Position numbers and translations under genes: made by a program
NCBI GenBank assembly: GCA_951406725.2
Contig: OX597820.1
Span: 90,768,001 to 90,832,000 of the forward strand
Length of the DNA: 64,000 bases
Direction: 5' to 3'
Source: Octopus vulgaris
Lineage: Eukaryota
The notes under the pieces: generated by a model
Told to the model about the DNA's origin: nothing
What the model saw: only the letters and a program-made list of their open reading frames with translations
Database searches by the model: none
Part shown: positions 15,194 to 30,586 of the stretch, piece after piece
How positions within the stretch are numbered: position 1 is the stretch's first letter
How the letters are laid out: each line of letters opens with the position of its first letter

Positions 15194-15778
15194 GCGAACA
15201 TATATATTATACACATACCCACGCACAAACACACGCACATATGTATAGAGGGATAGGTAAATATATTGATAGATTAATACATACATTCATACATACATGC
15301 ATACATACATACATACATACATACATACATACATACATACATACATACATACATACATACGCGCACATATATTTACATTTGTCTGTTTATAAACAGACGC
15401 ACGTGTTTGAATATTTTTTACTGCTATTTAAAATGTAGCTAGTAATATCTAGCATGAATTTCGAAATAACAGCTCGGCTTTCAAGAAGGAAATGTCTTTG
15501 ACCATTATTGTTATGCGACAAGAGAACAATTTTCCCATTTGCTTTCGAAAATACTCACTTATATATATTTATATATTGAATTTATATAGAATATTTCGTC
15601 GTAACATTTGTAAATTAAAGGGTGAAACGCATATGTAGAAAATGAAAGGAAATTTTCATATGATGTGTATGGCAGAGAAAAGGGAAAATGCAAGCAAACG
15701 ACGATATTAAAAGGCACACGTATCTGCTTACGTGAAGTATCGAAAGTGATTGTATATCTTGGCAATATACATGTATAA

Positions 15779-15996
15779 CAAGGCGGCGAGCTGGCAGAAA
15801 CCTCAGTACGCCGGGCGAAATGCTTAGCAGTATTTCATCTGTCTTTACGTTCTGAGTTCAAATTCCACCGAGGTTGACTTTGACCTTCATCCTTTCGTGG
15901 TCGATAAAGTAAGTACCAGTTGCGTACTGGACTCGATTAGATCGACTGGCGCCCTCCCCTAAAATTTCGGGTCTTGTGTCTAGAGTAAAAAAGAAT
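15779..15996 (+). mobile_element. SINE family 2, near full-length
   Basis: aaggcggcgagctggcagaa head, B box gagttcaaattcc, body cttcatcctttcgtggtcgataaagtaagtaccag, tail tagagtaaaaaagaat; multiple homologous copies in the window. Confidence 0.9.
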
Positions 15997-16398
15997 ATAT
16001 ATATATATATATACAGTGAGACGATGTCAAGTCTGAAATAAATATTGCTTTTCTTTTGTCTAAATCACGTATATATAAAATTGTTGATAATAATTTTTTT
16101 TTGTATGAATAAACGTGGGTATTTGTGTACAGTTATCTTTATTTGAGTTTATTTGTGATGTGACAAAAGTCATGCATCTGTTAAGAGATTTTTCTTTTTT
16201 GATAGTACACAGAAAAAAAAAAACACTTCAATATATCCATATAACAAATAATGGTAGGAATATGAATATTTTGAGGACAGAAATATAACGACAGACAAAC
16301 ATTCAAGGATTACTCAATGTATCTAAGTAGGGCATAATAAATAAATTTACAAAGAGTTAACACAGGTATCGAAGTGTCAGCTATGTTGGTCACCATTG

Positions 16399-16682
<284 letters not shown>

Positions 16683-16782
16683 TTACTATGTATATATGCA
16701 CATAGTTACATAGAGATAGATACACATGCAGAAATATATACGCGTGTGCATGTGTATATATATATACGTTTGTGTGTGTATG

Positions 16783-16833
<51 letters not shown>

Positions 16834-16970
16834 ATCGAAACAGTTTACTGCAAATTCGTTGGTGATCCAAGTGATTCAAGTGTTTATATTTAATTACTAT
16901 CACCACCACTAACACCACTACAACCAAAACGTCGCTCGAACTACAGAGAAAAATTAACCATTTTCGTTAA

Positions 16971-17061
16971 AACTCTCGGAGTCCCAGCAACTTTTAATAT
17001 TCTTTGAATCCATACATGTAACTCCCCAAAAATGTGTTGGGTGCAGTTTGTCCACACACCC

Positions 17062-17062
<1 letters not shown>
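16971..17062 (-). mobile_element. possible Tc1/mariner-type terminal fragment
   Basis: Minus strand reads TA|CGGGTGTGTGGACAAACTGCACCC next to a TA run, resembling TA-CAGGGTG termini; no partner end found. Confidence 0.3.
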
Positions 17063-17119
<57 letters not shown>

Positions 17120-17131
17120 CAGACAAACGCA

Positions 17132-17168
<37 letters not shown>

Positions 17169-17621
17169 ACACATATATATATATATATATATATTTACAT
17201 GAAGGTGTTGCTAAGGAATATACAAGTTGAACTCTTACAGTATATGTACCTAAATTTATGAATACATGCGTCTCGGTAGGGTTGCATGCATGCATGTATT
17301 TGAATACACATACACATTCACACATACGCACGCACACACGCACACACACACAGAAATATTTATATAGATATACATATATACATACGAACATGTATATATT
17401 TACCTATTAAAGTCTAAAATTGAGATAGACATAGATATATACATACACAGACTCAGACATAGAGAAACACGTGAATAAATAGACAGACAGATAAATTGAT
17501 TCATACGTAAATACATTTAGATTTTAGATGTATCCATATACATAGATACATACTTTATAAATAAATCTACACACACATATATATATATACATATATTTAT
17601 ATGTATATATGTATATATTTT

Positions 17622-17659
<38 letters not shown>

Positions 17660-18339
17660 AATAAATTTAACCAAATATATGTTGCTTTATTGAGATTCTA
17701 CAAAAAGTATTATTATAAGTGTACATAGGTGTGAGTTATGAGTAAAGAAATATATTAAATCAGAATTGTTGAACATAAGTAAATATGTATAAAGTAAAAT
17801 TGAACACCTGCTTTTATAGGTAATGACACAAAAATTATTTACATAAAAGTACCATGTATAGTATTAAAATACCTGCACACAAGGATATATATATTTTTTT
17901 TTACTGACAGACATTCACACACTCACGTATATGTGTTTCCGTTAGTATGCGTGCAAGAATGTATGTGAATATTTATGTAGGAAGATAGGAATGTATCTAT
18001 AAATATCTGCCTCATACATATATAATTAGTGAATATCAGTTTTGTTATATTATAATACAGCACAAATGAATAGGAATTATATTAGCAATATATAATATTT
18101 ATAAGTCTTAACCCTATATACAGATACGCACACACACTCACCACTAAAAACACACATGCACACAAAGACAGACAGAAATACACACACAACTCAAACTCAT
18201 ATGTGTATATATATATTTATACACATACACAAACACACAGATATATATTTACACATATACATAAGGATGAATGGAGTCATTTTACTACTTCAGTTTATAG
18301 TTGCTATATATGAATAGATATAGGAGCACGTGTGTTTCC

Positions 18340-18384
<45 letters not shown>

Positions 18385-18575
18385 GGTGTGATCATGTGTG
18401 TAGTTGTGTATATGTAGATAGTTTAGTATCAAAGCAATGAAGCTATGTTTAATTGTTTATGCGGTTATATATTCGATATGCAAACATGTCTCTGAATGGG
18501 CACACACACATAAATATATATATATATATATACTTGTCTATAAATACACACACACAAAAATACATATATTTATAA

Positions 18576-18626
<51 letters not shown>

Positions 18627-19142
18627 GCGTGTGTGTGTGTTGTCTGCATGTAAGGTGTACATGTTGGTGTGTGTATGTGCGCATGTGCTTGTGCATGGCT
18701 GTGTGAGCCCGTTTATTTGGTTATGATTAAGTATATTCGTTTTACATTCAGTTTTGATTAATGCACATGCACTTGCACACGCACACACACACGTACACAC
18801 ACAAGCACACGCTCTGACACACTCACTGGCACACCCACACAGCCTGTCAGACACATTTTCATATATATTTATATTTATAAGTGTGTGCGTATATACATGT
18901 ACTTATATATGTATATACTGTATAATATATATATATATATAAATACATAATATAGACATATATTATACATATAAAAATATATATGTATATATACATAAAT
19001 ATTTATATATATACTTTCGATATGTCTGTGTGTAAATATAATATATAACATACATATATATATTTACACACACAAACACACAGACACAAACACACTGACA
19101 CAGACACCCACACATGCAAACACAGACATACACACACACACC

Positions 19143-19234
<92 letters not shown>

Positions 19235-19237
<3 letters not shown>

Positions 19238-20830
19238 CGGCCATAAGAGAAGGCTCAGTATGAACAAGTGTATTGAAATATTTATTATAGAAAGTTAACA
19301 GAACGTTGAGACTAGATATTTTATATATATCTAGATATATCTAATATCTATCTTTCATGAAAATTGTAAGTGAATAGAGTAAATATTTCGTAAGTTATGA
19401 GGAAATATAGAGATAATCTTCCAAACTGCAATGCCCAAACGTTGTCACTTATAAAAACACCGAAAATGGGACAAAATAAAAAAAGAAACCCTTAATATTA
19501 ATATTTTGTGAACATCCTTTTACTATCAATGACCTCCTGTCATCTGTTACCACAGGACCGAATCGATTTCTTGCAAAATGATGGAGTAATATAATTCCAT
19601 TCGCTTTTCAATAATTCCCAGAGTTCACCTTGGTTTTGGGATATCTCCCTTTCTTGCACCATGTCCAATAATCTTCCAAACGTTTTCTATAGAGTTGAAA
19701 TCGGAACTTTGAGATGGCCAGTCCATGAGATCAAGTCCTTCATCACTTTGAATCTCTTCGCAGTGAGACAGTGAGCGTTGTCCTGCACGAAGATAGGAGG
19801 TTGAACTGACGAGGATCGGATATGTGGAAGGCCATGCTGTCTAAGAATCTGCCTGTAGACTTCAGCATGTTGGCGAGTAAGTGGACCAGGGCCAGCAGCA
19901 GAGATCACTCCCCATACCATTACACAGCCTTCTCCATATTTTACTGTCTTCTTCACACAAGTACGAGATAAATTTCGCCACATCTTCGGACGTACGCTCC
20001 GCCATTGGAACCTATGACATTAAACTTCGATTCATCGCTAAAGTGAACCTGCGACCACTGTCCTTCTGTCCAAGCGACATGTTCATGAGAGAAACGAAGA
20101 CGGACTCAACCCAGAACCTCGTAACCTCCAAGAAAATGTTTTGCGCGATACGTTGACATCGGAAGTGGAGCTAAACTATCATCTCAGCAGCACTCTTAAA
20201 TCTATGCTTCAGTGACATGCTAACTATAATATGACCATGTCTTGGTGAATTTTTACGAGGTCTACCAGTTTTGGGCTTAGCATCTGTCGATTCTGATGAC
20301 TTAAAACGAGCTACAATTCGTTGCACAACACTTCAAGACCTTCTGACAGTAGTTACTATCACAGAATTTGACTTGCCCACTTGGTGAAGGCACATAATAT
20401 TTTGTTTTCATCACAGAACACCGGTCATCTCTCACAAGCCACCATATTGTCAGTGGAATGTTCCAATAATGTAAGATCATAAGAATTAGCTGTTAGCCCA
20501 TTAATGGTTTTCTAAGCAACAAATACCTCGGTTAGTTGTTCATTTTTTCTAAGTGACCCTTAACTTTTGTGAGGATGTTCACAAAATATTAGTACTAAGG
20601 GTTTCTTTTTTGATTTTATCTCATTTTTCATTGTTTTTATAAAGGCCCCTTAAATTTTGGGCATTGCACTTTGGAAGATTACCTGTTTATTTCCTCATTC
20701 CATTCACTTGACATTTTCAAGTAAGATAGATATTAGATGTCTCGAAATATGTGTAAAATATCTAGTCTCAACGTTTTGTTAACCTTCTGTAATAAATATT
20801 TCATACTGACCGTTTTATAATGGCCGCTAC

Positions 20831-20832
<2 letters not shown>
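19235..20832 (-). mobile_element. defective Tc1-family DNA transposon, ~1.6 kb, with long TIRs, inserted in (TA)n
   Basis: Diverged TIRs 19235-19518 and 20572-20832. The right terminus reads CAGTAGCGGCCA on the minus strand; the left terminus has lost CAG. TA runs on both sides. Confidence 0.93.
19540..20444 (-). pseudogene. Tc1-like DDE transposase pseudogene (frameshifts and stops)
   Basis: Motifs read across frames: KTGRPRK (~20260), WSQVHFSDESKFN (~20030), VKYGEGCVMVWGVIS, FVQDNA, WPSQSSDFNSIENVW (SPDLNPIE-like). Confidence 0.93.
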
Positions 20833-20889
<57 letters not shown>

Positions 20890-20924
20890 TTATTATATTA
20901 TATTATATATTATATCATATATTA

Positions 20925-20966
<42 letters not shown>

Positions 20967-20967
<1 letters not shown>

Positions 20968-21809
20968 TATCTGACGGACCCGGTAATTCCCGGGAAAGCG
21001 GGGCTTATCCCTAGGTTCTATTCTCATTATTGTTTAGCTAATCCAATAACAGCAATACAAAGTATGAAGCCTTTAAAACGGTGTTTGTGCATCTACAGAG
21101 AATACTGAACTATCTTACACGGGATCTTGTTTTTCGGAATTCTCAATAAGTTATGAATACCCAAATTAGGAAATCAGTTATGTAATAACATGAAGTTAGT
21201 TGCCTGATAGTAAGAATTCATGTAAAGTAACACCGAGAAGAGCGTTTATGCGTTCCTAGAGTATATAGAACATATGAGGAATTACTAATACAATATGTAT
21301 ATTAAAATCGTGAAGCGTGTTACGTAATAACAGGCTAATCAGATATGAGATAATAACAATTCAAAAAATTCTGTAAAGAGATGTTGTGCATCTCCAGAAA
21401 ATGTTACCCTCAGGAGCGCTAGTGTCGGTATATTCGTGAATAAGTCACTAACCGAAATAAGTGGACCTATTGTTTAGGAAAATACTATTTATTAGTTTAA
21501 GGGCTGTACTGAATAAATTGCGAAAATAATTCCAACAGTTATAATACTAAGAAATAAGCGTACTTAATTTCAGTTTTACCAAATAATTTAGGAAAATGAA
21601 TAAGTTATTTCCCATGGATATCTGTAAGTATCTCTTCCAGGGGCCCTATTATCGATTTTTTTTTCAACAATCTAGGTATGCCATGAGGTTTCCAGACATG
21701 AGTTCTACTCACTTGTCAAGATTCATCAAAATCGATAAACAAACGTAGGAAGAGTTAGCTAACAATCCACTAATACACCTACAGACAGAATTTCCCACAT
21801 ATGTAGCAG

Positions 21810-21810
<1 letters not shown>
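20967..21810 (-). mobile_element. degenerate non-autonomous Helitron
   Basis: Minus strand starts A|TC near a ctgtctgt motif and ends with hairpin cccgg-gaatta-ccggg ~11 nt before ATAG|T (CTAG with one mismatch); same layout as 49751-50142. Confidence 0.55.
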
Positions 21811-21877
<67 letters not shown>

Positions 21878-21926
21878 CCATACATATATATTCAGGTTTG
21901 TGTGTATGCATTTATATATATATATA

Positions 21927-22089
<163 letters not shown>

Positions 22090-22821
22090 TACACACATAT
22101 ATGTACAAATGCACGCGTATACTTGCGCACAAACATATATATGTATAAAAGTAAACGTATAAAAGTATATAATGATATTCATATACTCCCTTCCGCCAAG
22201 CCTCACACTCTTTTCAATATACAAATATATAAATATGTCCATTCTCTCTAGTTTCCCCATCTAGCTATACTCTCTTCGTCGAAAGCTATCCTATTCACAC
22301 TAGGGAAATATAGCGAAGAAGTTTTTCCGGAGCCCCCACCCCCCTCCATTGCTGTGGTGATGAGCAGGCTGTTGAATTCTTTGACAGGTTTCATTCTTCA
22401 CTACATAGCAATGCAAATGGGTAATGTTCTGTATATAATTTATGCATACAGCCGTACATTTGGTACATACATATACATATAGATTTATTAACGCACGCAC
22501 ACATATTTACATATATTATTCACATGCTTATAATTTATTCATATACATAAACACATATACCTATATGAACTCTTATTGTGGAACGTTGTTAAATTTGCGT
22601 TTGAAATAGACGTTCATATATCGCTATTTTGGGTGGGGTGTGAATCAATCTGCCTATTTGACTATTCTACTCTTTATCTTTTGGCACGTCTGTCTGTCGG
22701 TTCGTCTCTGTGTTCCTTTCGGAGTATTTTTTGAGACAAATGTTCCTCACTCTCTAACCTATAGAAACAAGAATATTAAGAAAAATCGATGGTGAGACCT
22801 GCACCTTCAGAAGAAGTAAAT

Positions 22822-23344
<523 letters not shown>

Positions 23345-23347
<3 letters not shown>

Positions 23348-23925
23348 TTAATAAGGTGGAGAATAGATATAATTTAATAGTATATTTATTCGACACCAAG
23401 TGGCCTAGTGTGAAAACCTGGATTATTATAATATTTTATAAATATTATAATATTTACAAAATAAATATAAGAGAGTGTCATATATTGCCATTAACCGTAT
23501 CCATATATATATAACAAAAATAAGATTATTTGACATTTGCAAATGAATAAATGTAATTTACTACAAAAACATTTGTAGTGTCAGCCAAGATATCTGATGA
23601 AATCCATCATCCACGCCAGATTTACATAACGATAAATACGCGTTGAATTGATTACATCCGACGTTAATCCACAGCCCAAACTTCACGACAATGCATTTAG
23701 AAATAATGGATAATTATAATACTAATTTATAGTATTATTCGACACCAAGTATGCTTCGAGAAACCTGGATTATTTTTATTTGCCCGTCCGTGTGATATAA
23801 ACCTTGATTAACTGAGAGTAATAGTGACCACTTATTTTTTTGTATATATTTCTAAATGCTGTATTTGTTTTCCGTGAAAGTTTGGCGCTGTTGGTTGGGG
23901 CATTTAATTATAACGTCGGATGTAT
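23345..23925. repeat. module of diverged direct plus inverted repeats, possibly a Penelope-like relic
   Basis: Direct repeat attcgacaccaagt...aaacctggattatt at ~23388 and ~23737; inverted repeat tacatccgacgtta...gcatttagaaa (23653-23703) versus tttctaaatgc...taacgtcggatgta (23849-23924). Confidence 0.6.
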
Positions 23926-24382
23926 ATATATATTTTTTTAAGAAATTACATTTATTCATTATAGCGAAACAATTGTCCCAAAATAATCTGTATTTTTGTT
24001 ATTTTTTTTTGCCCTGTCCGTGAGCTAACAATCTATATTTTCGTGGTTGAAACCTAGAGTGAGCAATATATACCACTATATTTATTTTATATATATATAT
24101 TATATAGTTTATTAAACGTACATTGGTTTCATGTGCTGAAAAGATCTCAATATCTGAACAATTTTTTAAACCGGATGACATGGAGGAATGTTGTTCGATA
24201 TTGTTAAGATATGAAGATATTTTCAAATCATATACCCAATATTAGCTTTGATACACAAATAATGAATTTTTATCCACTAATGCAGTTTTGAGCACTCGTT
24301 CTCATTCTACCTATTAGAAATAAATAGATAGACACATAGACTGAGTGACAAACAGACAGAAAGACAGCCTGATAGATCGGTA

Positions 24383-24532
<150 letters not shown>

Positions 24533-25429
24533 GAAGCAGTGGGATATGTAGGTATACCAACACACAGAGAAGCTGACAGTTATATGATACTGTTTGAACA
24601 AGGTGTCAAGTGAAACATGAAATTTCAATCAACTCCAACTTTGCAAAAATTTGATTCCAGTCGCCATATTGTGTCATCCTATCAAATAAAGATTCAGGTG
24701 ATAAAGCAGCTTAAAAAAAAAATGAAATACAATTTAGCATATACATTTTTGTTTGCGTATGCGAAACTTTGTGCATAGACATACATATATACAGAAAAAA
24801 AGATGAGTAAGAAATAAACGATTATATTATGAACTGTATTACTTTACAGCTGCTTCTCCCATAAGATGCAGTTGACTCATAGTTGAGTACTTGAGTAACA
24901 CCTTAAAGCTTCATCGGTGCCTCGAATATGAAGTGCATATAGGTATGCGTGTGTGTGTTTGTATATCATTATTCGGTTTTATTTCAAGATTTCTTGCTAA
25001 TAGAGAAAGAGCCGGTTTCTAACCTAGATCCAAGGCTCCTTCATTGAAATTTCAACATCAGCAACAGGGTATTTTTGTACGTATATAAGTAAATGCAGAG
25101 ATTTATATATGTATTCTTATGCATGTCTAAACATGCGCATATATACTTAAATGATAAACTATTGGAAGGTCTTACAGATTGTTACAGTTCCAGTGTGTAT
25201 GTATATGTATATATATATATATATATATATCTATGTATGTATGTGTGTATATATGTATGTAAGTATGTATGTACGTATGCATGTATGTATTCTGACATTT
25301 TACTTTCAGACCCATGAAAAATGCTCAAAATATCAAACCCCTGTTATCAAACAGTAGTTGTATTTATAACATTAACTATAGAAGTTTACGCATTCGTTTT
25401 CCTTTGCTTTATCATTTTTTTCCTGATAA

Positions 25430-25862
25430 TATTCTTTTCTACTCTAGGTACAAGGCCCGAAATTTTTTGGGAGAGGGCCAGTTGATTAGAACTACCCGAG
25501 CACGCAACTGGTGTTTAATTTATCAACCCCAAAAGGATGAAAGACAAGGATGACCTCGGCGTAATTTGAACAGAGAACATAAAGACAGACGAAATGCCGC
25601 TAAGCATTTCACCCGGCGTGCTAACGTTTCTTATTTCTTTATTGCCCACAAGGGGATGAACATAGAGGGGACAAACAAGGACAGACTAAGGGATTAAGTC
25701 GATTACATCGACCCCAGTGCGTAACTGGTACTTAATTTATCGACTCCGAAATGATGAAAGGCAAAGTCAACCTCAGCGGAATTTGAACCCAGAACGTAAC
25801 GACAGACGAAATGCCGCTAAGCATTTCGCCCGGCGTGCTAACGTTTCTACCAGCTCGCCGCC
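25430..25862 (-). mobile_element. tandem heterodimer of SINE family 2 units with two different tails
   Basis: gacagacgaaatgccgctaagcatttc(a/g)cccggcgtgctaacgtttct occurs at ~25583 and ~25801; only the second continues into the head accagctcgccgcc. An extra tail fragment lies at 25880-25943. Confidence 0.85.
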
Positions 25863-26254
25863 GTCTCTTCTGATACATATTCTATTCTACACAAGGCACA
25901 AGGCCCAACATTTTTGGAGAGGGGGCCAGTCGATTATATCGACTGAAATATATTACTTAAGGATATATACTATCGAAATTTCATTTACACTCATTCGTAA
26001 CTGATGCAATTCAGTGTGTATGCGTGTATATTCGCATATGTCTCTGAGTTTTGTGGCTTGCCCAAATATGGAGGTATAACGTTTATGCTTGTTTGTGTGG
26101 GATCCTTGAACTTTTGTTTGGCAAATTTTTTCATATTATACTTTGAGAGAATATATATATTTTGGTGCATGCAAATTTATTCTGTATCGTTTTGCTCATA
26201 TAATAAAAACACACATAAATATATACACACTTATATATCACACACAAATGCACA

Positions 26255-26460
<206 letters not shown>

Positions 26461-27988
26461 TAAATTTCTATGTGTGTATATACATGCATACACACAAAGT
26501 ACTCACACGCACGCGCGCAGATATACACACGCGCAGATATACACACGCGCAGAGATGCACACACAAACACACACGCACACACATACACACACATATGACA
26601 TGAACTGTTTTTCGAAATAAAATGATAGATAAAAACAATCCTGTAGAGATTGAGATTTAAAATATATATAGAGATTAGGTTATAATACTTTGAATAGGAT
26701 TTAATTCTTATCAGTTTCTAGAACACAACAGTTAGTAAGGCATTTGAGGAATCCGAAGCAATAAATATCTCTTAACAGTAATAACTCTCTCTTAAATAAC
26801 TGTTCATGTATATGGGTGTTTTTGCCTGATCATCATGAAACTAGAGGCCATTCATATGTTATTTCTTTGTCTGTATATACCTACAGTATTGTTTTAATTA
26901 CAAGGCAATATTATTATGTAAGCTATTCATACGAAGCACCATGTTCTTATTTACGAGCAGCTTTTGAGTCTTCATTTACAATAGAATTATGTTGTCATTA
27001 TTTATACCTGACTTGTAAATATACAGTAATTTTACCTGTTAAATTTGTTGTTATTAGCCTAAAATGCCATTCCTGAAAGTGTATCCATATGATCAGAAAC
27101 TTTGAAGCTATGCCCATCATTCCGTTTCACATATCGAGGAATTTCAACCGTGTTTCGTGGTCTGCTACCACAACAGCTCCTTTATAGGATTCAGTTAGCT
27201 CAAGACATCATCAGGAGGAACCACGTCCGGTTTCGGTCCCTACTCCTCTACCATTTTGAAGTGCCCCCCCCCCCCTTTCGGAGGTGTCTTCAGCTCTGGT
27301 GTTGGGTGCATGTCTTCTTTCTTCTTCTTTCTTCTGTTCACTGGCCTCTTCGATGTAGCGTCAATGAGTGTCAGCCGGCGACTGAATGAGTTACCATATT
27401 GTTGAATTAAAATAGTATGCGCGATTTGAGGTGAATTTAGTTGTTATATCGAGTAGATCAAGTGACAAAGTATGCTCAGGTTCCCTTGTTGATAAAATCA
27501 AATTTTGTTTATTTTGGCGGAGCTGATGCGTAGCAGACACCGATCTCACTTTAGCCGTTTAATATAACCTATGAAGATCAGTAGTCACCTGTACAGAAAG
27601 CAAACCTGGTCGTGTCTCCTTATTACTTCATGGTGAACATTTGCCAGAGCGATGTGGAAACACTGAAAACCACTGAATCAAGACCATGTACAGCCTGCTG
27701 CTCCATGTGTCTTCAGCAACAAATAACACTTCTAATGTGCTGCATAACACAAGATTGGAACGGACATTCACTTTTCTGACTTCCTACTTATTGACACTCA
27801 TTTAGTAGAAGGTTTGATCTATGTCAACATAGATTTTTTTTTCTTTGCAGCTACAATATACAAACTCTGCACCACTATACTTAAAATATAAGAATTTCTT
27901 ATTAGCTTTTCTTTTGCGTTTCTTCAGAAGGCCTCCCATAATAGTTTCTCTTCTGACGCATATAAGCAGCTAAAATATATATCCAAGC

Positions 27989-27998
27989 ATTATTATTA

Positions 27999-28057
<59 letters not shown>

Positions 28058-28070
28058 GTTATTGTTGTAG

Positions 28071-28164
<94 letters not shown>

Positions 28165-28251
28165 TTTTACTATTATTATTATTATTATTACTATTATTAT
28201 TATTATTATTATTACTATTACTATTATTATTATTATTATTATTAGTATTAC

Positions 28252-28297
<46 letters not shown>

Positions 28298-28318
28298 TAT
28301 CATTATCATTATTATTAT
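27989..28318. repeat. (TTA)n microsatellite with CTA/GTA/TCA variants
   Basis: Directly visible; gives the poly-N and poly-L ORFs. Confidence 0.97.
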
Positions 28319-29173
28319 ATTTTTAAAATGCATATCTCTTGAACGTCAGAGTCTAATCTTATCTGCCACATTTCAAAACACGTCTTTAGACTAGGTCTCC
28401 ACATTTCAACATAATTTTGGAAAATTTTGGCACTTAATGTTCAATGAAACGCAAATTATTCCAAAACGTTATGTTTTACAGAACAGTAATGTTAACAGTC
28501 GAGAGAATTAGTTCACTGTTGATCATGATTTTTCTTTGAATTTTAAGATTTGTTAGAATTTATTTAGAACACTGTAGGTCAAAATTCTAACCCTGGTTGC
28601 AGGGAACTGATTAGCATGTCAGCTAGATGGCTAATGTCACCAGCGATGCGTATATAAAAAGAATGTATTCGAGTGTGATAAATGTACTGATGGCAAGAGA
28701 GAAGAGTGCCAACAATATTTGTGGTAGTGGACTTATCGTTCTCAGAAGATTTACATTCTCAGTTTCATTGACTTTCATGGTATACTTATATATTCATGGA
28801 AACTTCATCGTTAACGATATTATTGCACCAGTTTATGGTGATAATTTTCTTCAACAGGAGATTCAATTTTCTTCTCAGCTCTACTATTGCAATGGAAGCC
28901 AGATTTTCTTCACCAGTTGCTGCAACTGTAAACGTATATACTATTGTTGCACATAAATCATTGTGTTCATTACAACTTGCTTGTAGGACGAGGCAAATGG
29001 CATTTCATCAAACGCACTACCAGAAGATGCTCAATTTATCGTCAGTTACACAATGCAACTTCCATAAAACATCTCAAATTGTGGTGAAGAATATTCTAAG
29101 CAAAACAAAGCTTTTGTGCAGGTAAAAGAAAATCAATTCATGATAGTCTAAATTGATTATGTCTAGTTGAATG

Positions 29174-29251
<78 letters not shown>

Positions 29252-29786
29252 ATATATATATATATATAGATATATATCTGTCTGTCTATCTATCTATTTA
29301 TCTGGTTGTCTGTTTGTCTATCTGTCTCTCTGTCTATTTATCTACGTTTTTAGATCTAAACAAGTGTCTTCAACTATTTATATGTTTGTGTATGTGTATG
29401 TGTGTGTATGTGTGTATATATTTGTATGTATGTGCGTGGGTGTTTATGTGAGTGTGTGTATACAGGAAAATGTCTACAGTGTCTGTAAAAGTAGAAATGC
29501 AAAATAAAAAAATAAGAAAGGAAAAGACAACTAAACATACAAAAACAAACAACATTTAAACGGCTGTAGCGAGACACATAACAAATTTTTACACCCACAT
29601 TCTCACGAGTATGTATGCACATGTACATATGCACATGTACATATGCACATACATATGTATTTATGTATATGTATGTATGTATATACAAATATATTTATAT
29701 ATTTTTGTGTATTCATGCGTACATATCTATACATATATTTCTATAATTCTACGTATATAGACATATATATGTGTGTATATTTACCT

Positions 29787-29873
<87 letters not shown>

Positions 29874-30530
29874 ATGAATATACTTATATATGTTTGTGTA
29901 TTCATGCATACATATCTATACATATATTGATATAATTTTGTATATATAAACATATATACGTGTATATTTACTATACATATAATTGTGTGTGTGTGTTTAT
30001 GTGAGTATAAATATAAACATAGCTGGAAAACCTCGCTGCAAAGTTATCGTATTAATAACATAATAATTAATTATAAACTTGGCTGATGATAGTGGTGTGT
30101 ATGTATGTGATTGCATGATATATTTTGTCTTACCACTCACACATTCCACTTGCCTCTGTCTAATGAAGTCTGCAATTCCATTAGCCAACACACACTACAC
30201 ACGCGCGTACACTCCTATGCACACACACACCCACGCATACACCTCACAACCATCCTCCTCCTCCTCATCATCATCACATTGACATAGACTCACATGGGTA
30301 TATACCTATACCCACACAAATATACATATATATATATATATATGTTCTTTTAGTAGACGACTCGTAATAAATAAATGCCAAGACTAGACGAATAGTGTTG
30401 AGATTTGTGAAACCATATTCCATATATACACGTAAAATATACAGACATATTATATGCTAAATTAGTAACACACACAAGAAAAAAAAAGAAATATGAAGTC
30501 TACACACGAGATATAGCCTTCGGGATACAC

Positions 30531-30586
<56 letters not shown>

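Noticed and set aside
19881-20156. 91-aa plus-strand ORF
   Set aside because: It is antisense to the Tc1 transposase.
27902-28394. Poly-Asn and poly-Leu ORFs
   Set aside because: They come from the (TTA)n microsatellite.
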